Of a DNA stretch of 64,000 nucleotides, positions 1-11,435 are shown in pieces. Source of the stretch: Gammaproteobacteria bacterium (GTDB lineage: Bacteria; Pseudomonadota; Gammaproteobacteria; UBA4575); contig CBDEUS010000002.1 of the NCBI GenBank assembly GCA_965243395.1, positions 608,001-672,000 of the forward strand, read 5' to 3'. Each line of letters begins with the position of its first letter. Within the stretch, counting starts at the first letter, position 1. Under the pieces are notes generated by a model. It worked only from the letters and a program-made list of their open reading frames with translations. It did not search any database and was not told where the DNA came from. A program made the position numbers and the translations under genes.

Positions 1-2610
1 CCACCTCAAACTGAAACATTCGAATTTGAAAACCTGTTGGTAGCCGATAGCGATGGCACAACAAACTCTTCAATTGCTTCATCGGGCGCGGCAAGTAACG
101 GTCAATACTTTTTATATCACAGCAATGCGGTCGGTGAATACGTTACGTTCCCGATAACCACGCCAAATACTGGTGCACATGATTTTGAGTTGCGCTATCA
201 CTTATCAAAATATCGTGGCACATTCCGAGTAGAGGTTGCCGATAATCTAAGTGGTCCCTACACTCAGATTGGCGTTATGAATGATACGGTCAGCAATGGC
301 AGTTCTGTTCGTAGCCTATCCATGACAACCACATTTAGTAGTGCGGGGACTAAGTATCTACGCTTCACCGTCACCGGATCGAGTCCTATAGGTAATGAGC
401 GTATGGGCTTAGATAAAGTTGATGTGACCTCTAGTGGTATGGCATTAACAATAGATCCATTCAGTTCAGCACCTATTGCGACGGGCATAAGTAAAACATT
501 TATTGGATCAGCTCAGGGTAGTGGCGTAATAGAATACAGCTGGTCATTTGGCGATGGGACAACGACTCCGTTCACAACTGACCCGAGCGCAACACACACT
601 TATACCGCACCTGGGCGATATCTTGTTGCACTACAAGTACGCAATGAAAGTGAACAAGACAGCTTAACCATTACCCAAGCGGTCCATTTACCTATTGCAG
701 GTACACCCATATCCGATTCCACGATCTTATATGAATCATTAACAGGCGTAGATCGAGTGTGGAATGTGAATCCTGATAATGATTCAGTAGCTGTTATTGA
801 TGTTGCAACACGAACTAAAATTGCAGAAATAGCAACCAATACTAAACCAGTTGCACTTACGATTAATCCAAATAGTTCTGAAGTGTGGATAGCTAATAAA
901 GGGGCTGCTACGATTACACGTATCTCACTTACTACACTCTCAACCGTGAATGAGATTGCCTTACCAGCTGGCTCACGACCCCATGGTATTGTATTTAATG
1001 CAGTAACAGATAGAGCCTTTGTTGCGTTAGAAGCTTTAAAACAAGTTGTACGTGTTAACGCTACTACCAATCAAGTTGAAAATACTTTAGATGTACCAGA
1101 AGGTGTAAGACATCTTGCCTTATCGATTGATGGTTCTGAATTATATGCTCCCGTTTTTCATACTCCAAAATTACTTGGAGAAGATACGGCTACCCCATCC
1201 TTAACAGATGGAAATGGAAATTTAGTAGGCGGTATCATAAACCGCATTCAAGTAAGCAATTTAACGCTTAATAGTACTCCGATAGTAGTTCCTTATAGTA
1301 ATGTCGCTTTTTCTGAGCACACAGGCCCAGGTTTGCCAAATTATTTACGTGGTCTGGCTGTCTCTCCAGATGGTATTAATGCTTTCATTCCTTCTAAACA
1401 AGACAATATACTTTCCGGAGCTTTGCGAAATGTACCAAGTGGACAATTGTTAGATCATGAACACACCGTTAGAGCGATTACATCTCATATTAATTTAGCT
1501 ACTAGTAATTCTGATATTAGCAATCAAATAGATCACGATAATGTAAGCGCTTTATCCGCGGCTGTATATGGACCATTCGGAAGTTACTTGTTTGTAGCGT
1601 TGGAAGGAACGCGAATGGTATCTGTGGTCGATGCATTCCAAAAAGAAGAATTGTTCCGTTTTCCATCAGGACGAGCGCCTCAAGGGGTTGTTGCAAGTCC
1701 AGATGGTCAGTTACTTTTTGCACATAACTACCTTGACCGCACAGTTTCTATTCACGATGTTTCTAAAATAATTTTAGAGGGCGTAAACCAGCAAACCTTA
1801 TTAGCTTCTGTATCAGTTGTTGGAAGTGAGTCTCTTGCATCTAATATTTTATTAGGTAAACAGCATTTTTATGATGCCCTCGACCCGAGATTGTCGTTGG
1901 AATCTTACATGTCATGTGCAATATGTCATAACGACGGTGGCCATGATGGACGAATATGGGACTTCACGCAATTTGGTGAGGGTTTAAGAAATACTACGAC
2001 TCTCAATGGACAAGCAGGTACTACAATTGGTCCGGTTCACTGGACGGGCAATTTTGATGAGATCCAAGATTTTGAAGCACAGATACGCAATTTTGCTGGC
2101 GGAACTGGACTGATGAATGATAGTGACTTTAATGAAGGAACACGTTCCCAACCTTTGGGAGATACTAAAGCTGGATTCAGTGCTGATCTCGATGCATTAG
2201 CAGCTTATGTAAATTCTTTAGCCACTGTACCCGCTAGCCCATATCGAGATTCTAATGGACAACTTACTGCAGCTGCACAAACAGGTAAACAACTGTTTGC
2301 AACTTTTAATTGTGCAAGTTGCCATAGTGGCGACTTTTTCTCAGATAGTGCAGTAGATACACGTCATGACATTGGAACTATAGATACCGCAAGCGGCAAT
2401 CGTCTTGGCGCAAGTTTAGATGGATTTGATACTCCTACGTTAAAAGGCTTATGGTTAACACCTCCATACCTGCATGATGGTTCTGCTAATACCATTTCAG
2501 AAGCCATACTTGCACACACCAATTTAATTATTAGCAGTACAGAAGCGGATTCAATCAGCGAATACTTAATGCAAGCAGACGAACAAGAGTCTGCACCCCT
2601 TCCGCCTTAA
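1..2610 (+). CDS. Multidomain protein, 5'-truncated: CBM-like beta-sandwich, PKD domain, YVTN/YncE beta-propeller, di-haem cytochrome c peroxidase (MauG/CcP-like) domain
   Basis: Frame open from base 1 (PPQTETFEFENLLV...); PKD motif YSWSFGDG...HTYTAPGRY; propeller repeats; two haem motifs CAICH and CASCH; TPTLKGLWLTPPYLHDGS typical of the CcP/MauG family. Confidence 0.8.
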   Translation, partial: PPQTETFEFENLLVADSDGTTNSSIASSGAASNGQYFLYHSNAVGEYVTFPITTPNTGAHDFELRYHLSKYRGTFRVEVADNLSGPYTQIGVMNDTVSNGSSVRSLSMTTTFSSAGTKYLRFTVTGSSPIGNERMGLDKVDVTSSGMALTIDPFSSAPIATGISKTFIGSAQGSGVIEYSWSFGDGTTTPFTTDPSATHTYTAPGRYLVALQVRNESEQDSLTITQAVHLPIAGTPISDSTILYESLTGVDRVWNVNPDNDSVAVIDVATRTKIAEIATNTKPVALTINPNSSEVWIANKGAATITRISLTTLSTVNEIALPAGSRPHGIVFNAVTDRAFVALEALKQVVRVNATTNQVENTLDVPEGVRHLALSIDGSELYAPVFHTPKLLGEDTATPSLTDGNGNLVGGIINRIQVSNLTLNSTPIVVPYSNVAFSEHTGPGLPNYLRGLAVSPDGINAFIPSKQDNILSGALRNVPSGQLLDHEHTVRAITSHINLATSNSDISNQIDHDNVSALSAAVYGPFGSYLFVALEGTRMVSVVDAFQKEELFRFPSGRAPQGVVASPDGQLLFAHNYLDRTVSIHDVSKIILEGVNQQTLLASVSVVGSESLASNILLGKQHFYDALDPRLSLESYMSCAICHNDGGHDGRIWDFTQFGEGLRNTTTLNGQAGTTIGPVHWTGNFDEIQDFEAQIRNFAGGTGLMNDSDFNEGTRSQPLGDTKAGFSADLDALAAYVNSLATVPASPYRDSNGQLTAAAQTGKQLFATFNCASCHSGDFFSDSAVDTRHDIGTIDTASGNRLGASLDGFDTPTLKGLWLTPPYLHDGSANTISEAILAHTNLIISSTEADSISEYLMQADEQESAPLPP

Positions 2611-2614
2611 TGGG

Positions 2615-3892
2615 TTATTTATTCACAGCTTTGTATCCAATATCAGATCGATAAAACATATCAGGCCATGAAATTTGTTTTGTTAGTTCGTAGGCATTCT
2701 GCTGAGCTTCACTAACCGAATCTCCTAGTGCAGTTGCACATAACACGCGGCCACCATTAGTGACTATTTTATCTTTTTCAATTTTAGTGCCGGCATGAAA
2801 AACTTTTTGTGAAGCAGAATCTTGTTTATCTAACCCTTGTATGGTGTCACCTTTTTGATAACTTTCTGGATAACCTCCTGCTGCTAACACCACGCCTAGT
2901 GCAGTACGATCATCCCAATCGATAGTGTGTTGATGCAGTTGTTTATTTACTCCAGCTATACACAACTCGGCAAAGTCCGATTGCATGCGCATTAAAATAG
3001 GTTGTGTTTCAGGATCTCCAAAACGGCAATTAAATTCCAATACATACGGATTACGATTTTTATCAATCATTAATCCGGCATATAAGAACCCAATATATGG
3101 AGTGCCTTGTTTTGCAAAGCCTTGCACGACTGGTTGTATTACTTGTGCGAGTATTTTTTCATGCATTACATCGTCAATAATTGGTGCTGGAGAATACGCT
3201 CCCATGCCACCTGTGTTGGGCCCCTTGTCCCCTTCATCTCGTGCTTTATGGTCTTGTGAGCTGGCTAACGGCAATACATGTTCACCATCGATCATACATA
3301 TAAAGCTAGCTTCTTCGCCCTGAATAAATTCTTCCACCACAATGCGATGACCAGCTTCACCAAAACTGGAGCCACTTAGCATTTGTTTTGCACATTGCAA
3401 TGCTTCATCTAAATGCATTGCAATCACAACACCTTTTCCAGCAGCCAACCCGTCCGCTTTAATAACAAGCGGGAAAGATTGAGATGAAATATAATTTTCA
3501 GCTTTTTGATAATCCGTAAACACGGCATAAGCACCTGTAGGGATTTCGTGTTGTTGCATAAACTGTTTGGCAAAAGCTTTTGAGCCTTCTAGTTGTGCAG
3601 TTGCAGCAGAAGGCCCATAAATTTTCAATGCATCTTTTTGAAATTCATCCACAATACCTTCAACTAAAGGCGCTTCAGGTCCGACAATAGTTAAGTCAAT
3701 GTTGTTTTGTAGCGCGAAAGATTTAAGAGCAGGTATATCTTCAGCATCAATAGCTATGTTTTCAGTTTTTGCCTCGCTGGCAGTTCCTGCGTTGCCGGGG
3801 GCTACAAAAACTTTTGAAACTTTGCTGGATTGTGCAATCTTCCATGCAAGAGCATGTTCACGGCCACCGCCGCCTACAATTAATATTTTCAT
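2615..3892 (-). CDS. purD: Phosphoribosylamine--glycine ligase
   Basis: MKILIVGGGGREHALAWK, GPNTGGMGAYSP, EFNCRFGDPETQ. Confidence 0.98.
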   Translation of the reverse strand: MKILIVGGGGREHALAWKIAQSSKVSKVFVAPGNAGTASEAKTENIAIDAEDIPALKSFALQNNIDLTIVGPEAPLVEGIVDEFQKDALKIYGPSAATAQLEGSKAFAKQFMQQHEIPTGAYAVFTDYQKAENYISSQSFPLVIKADGLAAGKGVVIAMHLDEALQCAKQMLSGSSFGEAGHRIVVEEFIQGEEASFICMIDGEHVLPLASSQDHKARDEGDKGPNTGGMGAYSPAPIIDDVMHEKILAQVIQPVVQGFAKQGTPYIGFLYAGLMIDKNRNPYVLEFNCRFGDPETQPILMRMQSDFAELCIAGVNKQLHQHTIDWDDRTALGVVLAAGGYPESYQKGDTIQGLDKQDSASQKVFHAGTKIEKDKIVTNGGRVLCATALGDSVSEAQQNAYELTKQISWPDMFYRSDIGYKAVNK

Positions 3893-3893
3893 T

Positions 3894-4790
3894 TTAAATT
3901 GTGTATTGAGTCAGAACGTATGCGAGTGCTAATGGTAAAGTAATCATAGCGAATAAGTTACCTAGTAACACAATAGATGCAACAGATTCTGGTTGTTGGT
4001 TAAACCGTTCTGCGAATAAAAAATTCATCACTGCTGGGGGGAGTGCCCCAAATAATAATAAAGAACCTGCTTGAATTGCATTCAAATCAAATAACATTAC
4101 TATTAAAAAGGCAATTGAAAATCCAATTGCGGGTGAAAGTACACCAAACAACACTCCAATTTTCCATTCTTGAAAATCGATGCTGGCAATTTTCACGCCC
4201 AGGGAAAATAACATCAGCGGAATGGCAATTTGGCCTAACATTGTAATAGGCAACATTACACTGCTCGGAATTATCAATGGCGACATATTAATAATCAGAG
4301 CCAGTACAGCTGCCCAAATAACAACTTGGCGTAAGAGAATTTTTATACCCTGACCAGCACTGAGGATATAAGTACCTAATCCATAATGCGAAATGTTACC
4401 GACCAAAAATAGCACTAACCCTGTGACTAAACCTGGTTTTCCAAATGCCAAACTCATGATCGGCAAGCCAACATTTCCTGCATTATGAAACATCATAGGC
4501 GGCGCAATGGTGCGAAACTTGTAATGTGTTGTATTAGATATAATGAGTGCAATAAGACCCGCGCCTAAAACGATTGCTAATCCTGCGAATACCAATGAAA
4601 TATGTGGCGCCAATGAAAATGCTTTATCACTAAAAGCAGAAAATACCAACGCCGGAACAAATACGTCTATATTCAAGTGATTGGCAGTGTTCATATCTAA
4701 GTTTGAGATACGCCCAAGCACCCAACCAATTGCAACGATTGCCACAATAGGAAACATAATACTTAATATTTGAACAATAAGTGCCATCAA
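3894..4790 (-). CDS. AEC (auxin efflux carrier) family transporter
   Basis: About 10 hydrophobic segments, NAGNVGLP motif, PPAVMNFLFAERF. Confidence 0.85.
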   Translation of the reverse strand: MMALIVQILSIMFPIVAIVAIGWVLGRISNLDMNTANHLNIDVFVPALVFSAFSDKAFSLAPHISLVFAGLAIVLGAGLIALIISNTTHYKFRTIAPPMMFHNAGNVGLPIMSLAFGKPGLVTGLVLFLVGNISHYGLGTYILSAGQGIKILLRQVVIWAAVLALIINMSPLIIPSSVMLPITMLGQIAIPLMLFSLGVKIASIDFQEWKIGVLFGVLSPAIGFSIAFLIVMLFDLNAIQAGSLLLFGALPPAVMNFLFAERFNQQPESVASIVLLGNLFAMITLPLALAYVLTQYTI

Positions 4791-4814
4791 TAACTTTGGA
4801 GATAAATTAATGGA

Positions 4815-4940
4815 ATTATAATTGTGTATATTGTCTTGAGATTAGGCGTGGAATTTTCGAGAAATGGAGTTTACAAATAGGTAAATGAATATCGCAGAAA
4901 ATTTCACAACAACATATCAAGACAATAGGCGCATTATAAT
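4815..4940. repeat. About 126-bp imperfect palindromic element (RPE/MITE-like)
   Basis: Outer arms attataattgtgtatattgtcttga / tcaagacaataggcgcattataat; inner arms gtggaattttc / gaaaatttcac; central tttac-aaatag-gtaaa. Confidence 0.65.
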
Positions 4941-6515
4941 TTAGTGGCGGAAATGTCGTAGGTTAGTGAACACCATCGCCATTCCAAACTCATCTACTGC
5001 TTCAATTACTTCTTTGTCATTCATTGAACCGCCAGGCTGAATAATGGCAGTAATCTCATTTTTATGTGCAGCATCTATGGCATCACGGAAAGGGAAAAAA
5101 GCATCTGAAGCCATTACTGAACCTGCTACTTCTAAGTTTTCATCTTGTGCTTTAATTGCAGCAATGCGTGCAGAATACACACGACTCATTTGTCCTGCAC
5201 CCACACCAATGGTTTGTTGATTGCGTGCGAATACTATTGCATTCGATTTCACAAATTTAACAACTTTCCAGGAAAATAATAAATCTCGAATTTCATCTTC
5301 ACTTGGTGCGCGTTTGGAAACAATTTTTAAATCGTCATGATGAATAACACCTAGATCACGATCTTGAACAAGTAAGCCACCCAATACGCGTTTGAAATCA
5401 AAAGTTTCAACTGTTCCCTCCCAGGTACCACATTCTAGAACACGTACATTTTTCTTACTGGCTAACAGTGAACGTGTATCTTCGGGAATAGTCGGTGCAA
5501 TCAGTACTTCTACAAATTGTCTATCAATTATCGTTTTTGCAGTATTAGCATCTAATGATTGATTGAATGCGATGATGCCGCCAAATGCTGAAGTAGGATC
5601 CGTTTGATAGGCTAATTCATAAGCTTGTAAACAATCATCTGCAACTGCAACCCCACAAGGGTTAGCATGTTTCACAATTACACATGCGGGGTCTGTGAAT
5701 TGTCGAACACATTCTAGTGCCGCATCGGTATCCGCTACATTATTATAAGAAAGTTCTTTGCCTTGAATAACCTTAGAAGATGCAACACTAGGTTCTAGCA
5801 CGCCCTCTTCTATATAAAACGCACCACGTTGATGCGGGTTTTCTCCATAACGTAAAACTTGAGATTGCTGGAATTGCAAATTTAAAGTACGTGGAAAAGT
5901 GGAGTCACTATCAGGAAGTTTTTTCCCTAGATAGTTTGCAATCATGCCGTCATACTGCGCGGTGTGTTCAAACGTTTTTACGGCAAGATCAAAGCGTAGC
6001 TCATCCTCTAGTACACAATGATTGTTGGTTAATTCTTCTAAAATTGCAGCGTAATCTGCCGGGTTAACTACAACGGCTACATGGCAGTGGTTTTTAGCAG
6101 CCGCGCGCAACATTGCAGGGCCACCTATATCAATATTCTCAATGGCATCTTCTAGGGTGCAATCCGGTTTTGAAACTGTAGCCGCAAAGGGGTAGAGATT
6201 GATAACAACTAAATCGATAGGAGCAATATCATGCTCTTGCATGACTTGATCATCTGTACCACGACGACCAAGAATACCGCCATGAATTTTTGGGTGTAAT
6301 GTTTTTACACGACCATCCATCATTTCTGGAAAGCCGGTGTAATCGGATACTTCAATTACATCAAGACCATTTTCACTTAATAATTTTGCCGTACCACCTG
6401 TGGATAACAATTCAATATCAAGCTTGTTCAGTGCACGTGCAAAATCAACGATTCCCGTTTTATCGGAAACGCTGATTAAGGCACGACGAATAGGTTGCGG
6501 CTCAGATTTAGCCAA
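4941..6515 (-). CDS. purH: Bifunctional AICAR formyltransferase/IMP cyclohydrolase
   Basis: [29 protein letters not shown], ends RHFRH; TTG start. Confidence 0.98.
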   Translation of the reverse strand: MAKSEPQPIRRALISVSDKTGIVDFARALNKLDIELLSTGGTAKLLSENGLDVIEVSDYTGFPEMMDGRVKTLHPKIHGGILGRRGTDDQVMQEHDIAPIDLVVINLYPFAATVSKPDCTLEDAIENIDIGGPAMLRAAAKNHCHVAVVVNPADYAAILEELTNNHCVLEDELRFDLAVKTFEHTAQYDGMIANYLGKKLPDSDSTFPRTLNLQFQQSQVLRYGENPHQRGAFYIEEGVLEPSVASSKVIQGKELSYNNVADTDAALECVRQFTDPACVIVKHANPCGVAVADDCLQAYELAYQTDPTSAFGGIIAFNQSLDANTAKTIIDRQFVEVLIAPTIPEDTRSLLASKKNVRVLECGTWEGTVETFDFKRVLGGLLVQDRDLGVIHHDDLKIVSKRAPSEDEIRDLLFSWKVVKFVKSNAIVFARNQQTIGVGAGQMSRVYSARIAAIKAQDENLEVAGSVMASDAFFPFRDAIDAAHKNEITAIIQPGGSMNDKEVIEAVDEFGMAMVFTNLRHFRH

Positions 6516-6573
6516 CTAGAGAATAACCAATTAACGAATTTTGGTGTATTGCTTAATAACTTGTACGAAGTGA

Positions 6574-6855
6574 CTAGTTAAGACCGTAGATTTTAAGCTT
6601 TTTGCGGAGTGTGCCTCGGTTAAGGCCTAGACATCTTGCTGCTTTGGTTTGGTTGCCGTTGCAATATTGCATAACAGATTCAAGAAGAGGGCGTTCAACC
6701 TCCTCGATAAACATTTTATACAGCTCTTCAGGTTCATGACCACTTAAAGAGTTTAAGTAAAGTCTAAATGAATTTTTAACATTATCACGCAAAGGTTGTT
6801 TGCGGCGTTCTTGATGTAAATTTGTAACTTGTGCTGTAGAAAATGATGCGTTCAT
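6574..6855 (-). CDS. fis: DNA-binding protein Fis
   Basis: GNQTKAARCLGLNRGTLRKKLKIYGL; follows dusB. Confidence 0.95.
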   Translation of the reverse strand: MNASFSTAQVTNLHQERRKQPLRDNVKNSFRLYLNSLSGHEPEELYKMFIEEVERPLLESVMQYCNGNQTKAARCLGLNRGTLRKKLKIYGLN

Positions 6856-7883
6856 GCGGCTAACTCCGTTATGTATGTATGCTGATATTTAAAGAAATCT
6901 TTTAAAAAATTTTGTTGTTGTTTAGGACAATCTGTTTTTAACAATGCATCTTTAAATATCGCATAGCCTTTATAATTTTTTAAGTACCAAGTGATATGTT
7001 TTCGAGCAACACGTACACCCACTTTATTTCCATAATGCGAATATAACCCAAAAGTATGAGTTAGTACTACGTTTTCGATTTCTTCCAATGAGGGTGTGGG
7101 CAGCATCTTTTTATTGTTTAGTAGGTAATTTACTTGTTTAAATATCCAAGGATTACCTTGCGCTGCTCTCCCTATCATAATCGCATTTGCTCCGGTAAAA
7201 GCCAAGACCTTTTTTGCACTTTGTGGAGAATTTATATCGCCATTTGCAATTACTGGAATAGACACTACATTTTTTATAGATTTTATTGTTTCGTATTCTG
7301 CATTTCCTTTATACATGCATTGACGTGTGCGTCCATGTATGGCAAGGGATTGTACTCCGCTAGATTCAGCAATTTTTGCAATGGTTTTTGCATTTTTATT
7401 TTGCGGATCTATTCCAGTACGCATCTTTAGCGTAACTGGTGCATGCACTGCTTTAACTACTGCATCTAAAATGCGTGCAACTTTTTTTTCATCCGCTAAC
7501 AAAGCTGAACCTGCTTGACTTTTGCAAACTCTTTTGGCCGGACACCCCATATTGATATCGACGATTTGAGCACCTTTGTCTACACATAGCTTTGCAGCTG
7601 TTGCCATCATTTCAGGTTTTGTCCCAGCAATTTGTACGATACGTGGTTCTGGATCTGATGGCTTAATTATTCGTTGAGAACTTTTATTACTTTTCCAATG
7701 TGCAATATCCGAGGTAAGCATTTCAGAAACGGTCGCGGTAGCGCCCATTTGCGTACATATGTGACGATAAACACTATCCGTAATTCCTGCCATGGGTGCT
7801 AAAAGAGCATGGCCTGATAAGGTGTAGGGACCAATTTTCAAAGGCTTAAGTGGCGGTTCAGAAGAATTCGAATTCATATGCAA
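6852..7883 (-). CDS. dusB: tRNA-dihydrouridine synthase B
   Basis: LAPMAGITD, DINMGCPAK, HGRTR, IANGDI; dusB-fis synteny. Confidence 0.95.
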   Translation of the reverse strand: MHMNSNSSEPPLKPLKIGPYTLSGHALLAPMAGITDSVYRHICTQMGATATVSEMLTSDIAHWKSNKSSQRIIKPSDPEPRIVQIAGTKPEMMATAAKLCVDKGAQIVDINMGCPAKRVCKSQAGSALLADEKKVARILDAVVKAVHAPVTLKMRTGIDPQNKNAKTIAKIAESSGVQSLAIHGRTRQCMYKGNAEYETIKSIKNVVSIPVIANGDINSPQSAKKVLAFTGANAIMIGRAAQGNPWIFKQVNYLLNNKKMLPTPSLEEIENVVLTHTFGLYSHYGNKVGVRVARKHITWYLKNYKGYAIFKDALLKTDCPKQQQNFLKDFFKYQHTYITELAA

Positions 7884-8652
7884 TTACTATGTTACCTGGG
7901 TCTTGTACCTCTAAACGTGCACCAACCGGCTGATTAGGGAGCATAAGTGTATCGATCAGTGATTTATTCACAAGATAGTCTTTTGGGCTAAATCGACGCA
8001 TGGCAACTTTTTGTCCCTGAGTATCCAATAATGAAATTTGTAATTGTGGATAAGGTTGTGCGGTCTGTGCTTGATTTACAAACGAAACAGTGATCATCAA
8101 AGCTTTTTTAGCATTAGGGTGCGTGTAAATATTACGATTCAAAATTTTTATTGCATCTAAATTACCTTTATCGTCGTCTCCACATCCAAAGGGTTTACAA
8201 AAGTTGTTTATCCACGTGCGTGGCAATAGATCGACGTTTTGCCAGTAACTAATTTGACCAAGAAGAAATAGTGCCAAAGCAATAGCGCCTAATGTAAAAA
8301 CAGCAATTTGCACGGAGCTATTACTTTTACTCAGCACATTACCGCCAAAATCATCACGGATTACGGTAGGTATAGCCTCAGTTTCAATCAGTTCGTCTTC
8401 GTCCTCAAAATTCTCTACCTCTGTGTCTTTCCGCTCTTCATTGCTGAAGTCTTGCTTATCATCTATGTTTGTTTGTTCTTCATAGTCTTGTTGGGCATAA
8501 CTTTCTTCGACTGGATCCTGACCTTCTTCAATATTTTCACGGCCATCAAAAACCGCATCACAAATTCCACAACGTACTAAGCCGTCAGCCATCCCGAGCT
8601 GTTCTTCGGTGACACGGAAGATGGCTCGACACTCAGGACATTTCGTAAACAT
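7858..8652 (-). CDS. Zinc-ribbon/DUF3426 domain membrane protein
   Basis: N-terminal CPEC...VRCGIC, acidic linker, one TM helix; conserved position between prmA and dusB. Confidence 0.85.
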   Translation of the reverse strand: MFTKCPECRAIFRVTEEQLGMADGLVRCGICDAVFDGRENIEEGQDPVEESYAQQDYEEQTNIDDKQDFSNEERKDTEVENFEDEDELIETEAIPTVIRDDFGGNVLSKSNSSVQIAVFTLGAIALALFLLGQISYWQNVDLLPRTWINNFCKPFGCGDDDKGNLDAIKILNRNIYTHPNAKKALMITVSFVNQAQTAQPYPQLQISLLDTQGQKVAMRRFSPKDYLVNKSLIDTLMLPNQPVGARLEVQDPGNIVIAYEFEFF

Positions 8653-8663
8653 GGAAGTTAAGT

Positions 8664-9533
8664 TTAAGAGGGTGAGGCTTCAATCAATAACCATTCTTTT
8701 TTCGAGTGAATAACATCAAACTTAAAATACGATTGATAAGACTTTTCTAGCTGTACAAGCTGTTCTTCAAGTATACCGGATAAAATTAGCTTGCCTTCAG
8801 GTGAAGCACATCTTGCAAATTGCTCGCGTAAACTAATTAACGGCTTTAATAAAATATTAGCAATGATTACATCACAATTGAGCTGATTCGGTGAGCTACC
8901 TAAGTTAATTTCTAAAACCTTGTCGTCGACTTGATTCTTTTCGGCATTCATTTGTGTAGCCTGAATCGCTTGAGGGTCATGGTCAATAGCATAGACTCTG
9001 CGTGCGCCCAGGTAGTACGCCGCAATGGATAAAATACCTGAACCGCAACCAAAATCCATAACACATTTGTCTTGAATTGAATATTTCGTTAACCAATCTA
9101 GACACAACGATGTGGTGGCATGACTACCGGTACCAAATGCAAGTCCGGGATCAAGTCGTATGTTAATCGCAAATGGGTCTGGGCAAGTTATAGGGGTTGG
9201 GCAAATCCATAAGCGTTCGCCAAAATGCATGGCTTGTAAGTTTTGTATCCATTTATTTTGCTGATCTTGTGCATCTATTTGTTGTTTATCTAGTTCAATT
9301 GCATTGTTTAAGACGTATTCTAATTTTTTTTGTAAATCAAGTTCATCAATGTTGCCGGTAAACAATGCTTTTAGAGTAACGTTTTGCCATAAAGGCATAG
9401 AATCTACTTGTTCAATAAAAACAGCATTATCTTCAGCATCTTCTAGACTAATAGAGACTGAACCAAAGTTTTCAAGCAAAATTTCTGCAGCAATTGTTTG
9501 AGTGCGATGCAAACGAATACTGATTTCAAACAC
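8664..9533 (-). CDS. prmA: Ribosomal protein L11 methyltransferase
   Basis: LDPGLAFGTGSHATT, DFGCGSGIL, ANIL. Confidence 0.95.
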   Translation of the reverse strand: MFEISIRLHRTQTIAAEILLENFGSVSISLEDAEDNAVFIEQVDSMPLWQNVTLKALFTGNIDELDLQKKLEYVLNNAIELDKQQIDAQDQQNKWIQNLQAMHFGERLWICPTPITCPDPFAINIRLDPGLAFGTGSHATTSLCLDWLTKYSIQDKCVMDFGCGSGILSIAAYYLGARRVYAIDHDPQAIQATQMNAEKNQVDDKVLEINLGSSPNQLNCDVIIANILLKPLISLREQFARCASPEGKLILSGILEEQLVQLEKSYQSYFKFDVIHSKKEWLLIEASPS

Positions 9534-9578
9534 AATTAAAAGGTGTTTGTGCTTAAGGGTTATTAATAAGCAAAGCCG

Positions 9579-10916
9579 TTATGAAAGCTTTGACTGGAGA
9601 TAATGGATATTATGTTTTGCATTTACGAAGGTATCATCCACCATGAGATCTTGTAACAAGGGTATGTTGGTTGTTATGCCATCGATCACGATTTCATGCA
9701 GGGCACCACGCATGCGCGTCAAAGCACCTTCTCGGCTATGCCCAATCGCACAGAGCTTGCCAATCATCGAGTCATAGTAGGGCGGGACGTTGTAGCCATT
9801 ATATAGATGTGTATCCACACGTATGCCGGGCCCTCCCGGGCAATGGAAATGACTAATTTTCCCGGGACAAGGGATAAATTTATATGGATCTTCAGCATTG
9901 ATACGGCATTCAATGGCATGTCCACGAATTTTAATGTCATCCTGAGCAAAGGTAAGTTTTTCGCCTGATGCGATCAAAAGTTGTTGTTTAACGATATCAA
10001 TACCCGTGATCATTTCAGTGACAGGATGTTCTACCTGCACACGCGTATTCATTTCTATGAAATAGAATTCGCCATTTGCATATAAAAATTCAAACGTACC
10101 TGCGCCTCGATACCCAATTTGTCGACATGCTTCGGTAATAACTGAACCAATTTGTTCGCGTTGTTCTGGAGTAATACCAAATGCGGGGGCTTCTTCAATG
10201 ACTTTTTGATTGCGACGTTGCATGGAACAATCGCGTTCACATAAGTGAATGGCATTGCCGTGCGTATCGGCTAAGACTTGAAACTCAACATGGCGGGGTT
10301 CTTCTAAAAACTTTTCCATAAACAAACGATCATCATTGAACGCTGCACCCGCTTCAGTTTTCGTTAAAGAGACTGCCTCAGTGAGTTCGTCTTCTCTGTG
10401 CACCACACGCATACCACGACCACCGCCACCTCCGGCCGCTTTGACCATGATGGGGAAACCAATTTCTTGAGCTAATTGTTTAGCACGATCCATATCATCA
10501 CCAATGGGTTCAGCGGTACCCGGCACACATGGAACACCCGCTGCTTCCATTGCTCGTTTAGCCGCAATCTTATCGCCCATCATGCGAATGGTTTCTGACT
10601 TAGGGCCAATAAAAATAAAACCACTGGACTCAACGACTTCAGCAAATTCTGCATTTTCGGATAGAAAACCATAACCCGGGTGTATAGCCGTGGCATCGGT
10701 AACTTCGGCAGCACTAATAATTGCGGGTATATTTAAATAACTTTCTGTAGAAGCTGCAGGGCCTATACATACAGACTCATCTGCCATACCTACATGCATC
10801 AAATCTCGATCCGCCTCAGAATGTACCGCGACAGTTTTTATTTCCATATCACGACAAGCGCGTAAGATGCGCAATGCAATTTCGCCTCGGTTGGCTATAA
10901 CAACTTTTTCAAGCAT
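9579..10916 (-). CDS. accC: Acetyl-CoA carboxylase biotin carboxylase
   Basis: [34 protein letters not shown]. Confidence 0.98.
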   Translation of the reverse strand: MLEKVVIANRGEIALRILRACRDMEIKTVAVHSEADRDLMHVGMADESVCIGPAASTESYLNIPAIISAAEVTDATAIHPGYGFLSENAEFAEVVESSGFIFIGPKSETIRMMGDKIAAKRAMEAAGVPCVPGTAEPIGDDMDRAKQLAQEIGFPIMVKAAGGGGGRGMRVVHREDELTEAVSLTKTEAGAAFNDDRLFMEKFLEEPRHVEFQVLADTHGNAIHLCERDCSMQRRNQKVIEEAPAFGITPEQREQIGSVITEACRQIGYRGAGTFEFLYANGEFYFIEMNTRVQVEHPVTEMITGIDIVKQQLLIASGEKLTFAQDDIKIRGHAIECRINAEDPYKFIPCPGKISHFHCPGGPGIRVDTHLYNGYNVPPYYDSMIGKLCAIGHSREGALTRMRGALHEIVIDGITTNIPLLQDLMVDDTFVNAKHNIHYLQSKLS

Positions 10917-10921
10917 GGAAT

Positions 10922-11377
10922 TTATTCAATAATGAACAAGGTTTGGCCGAATTCAACCGGTTGTGCGTTTTCAACTAAAATGGCTTTAACAACACCGGCT
11001 TTATCAGCTTCGATTTGATTAAGCATTTTCATTGCTTCAATAATACAAAGAGTGTCACCAACACTTACACTTTTACCGACTTCTACAAAAGGGGCTTGGC
11101 CAGGAGCCGGTGCTTCATAAAAAGTGCCCACCATAGGAGAATCTACGCTATGTCCACTTGGAACATCACTACTGGCTTCAGGCACAACAGTTTCTGGTGC
11201 AGCAGGTACAACTGGTGCAGTAGGTGCAGCAACTGGGGGCATCACAATATGATTTTGGCTGGCACTGCTTACGCCACGACTGATGCGTACGGATTCTTCA
11301 CCCTCTTTAATTTCAATTTCAGCCACACCTGACTCTTCGAGCAGCTCTATAAGTTTTTTAACTTTACGTATATCCAT
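10922..11377 (-). CDS. accB: Biotin carboxyl carrier protein
   Basis: [17 protein letters not shown] biotinylation motif. Confidence 0.98.
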   Translation of the reverse strand: MDIRKVKKLIELLEESGVAEIEIKEGEESVRISRGVSSASQNHIVMPPVAAPTAPVVPAAPETVVPEASSDVPSGHSVDSPMVGTFYEAPAPGQAPFVEVGKSVSVGDTLCIIEAMKMLNQIEADKAGVVKAILVENAQPVEFGQTLFIIE

Positions 11378-11435
11378 GATTGTCTCTTATCTGTGATTTA
11401 CGATTGATAGTGAATACATAACGACGCGTAATTTT

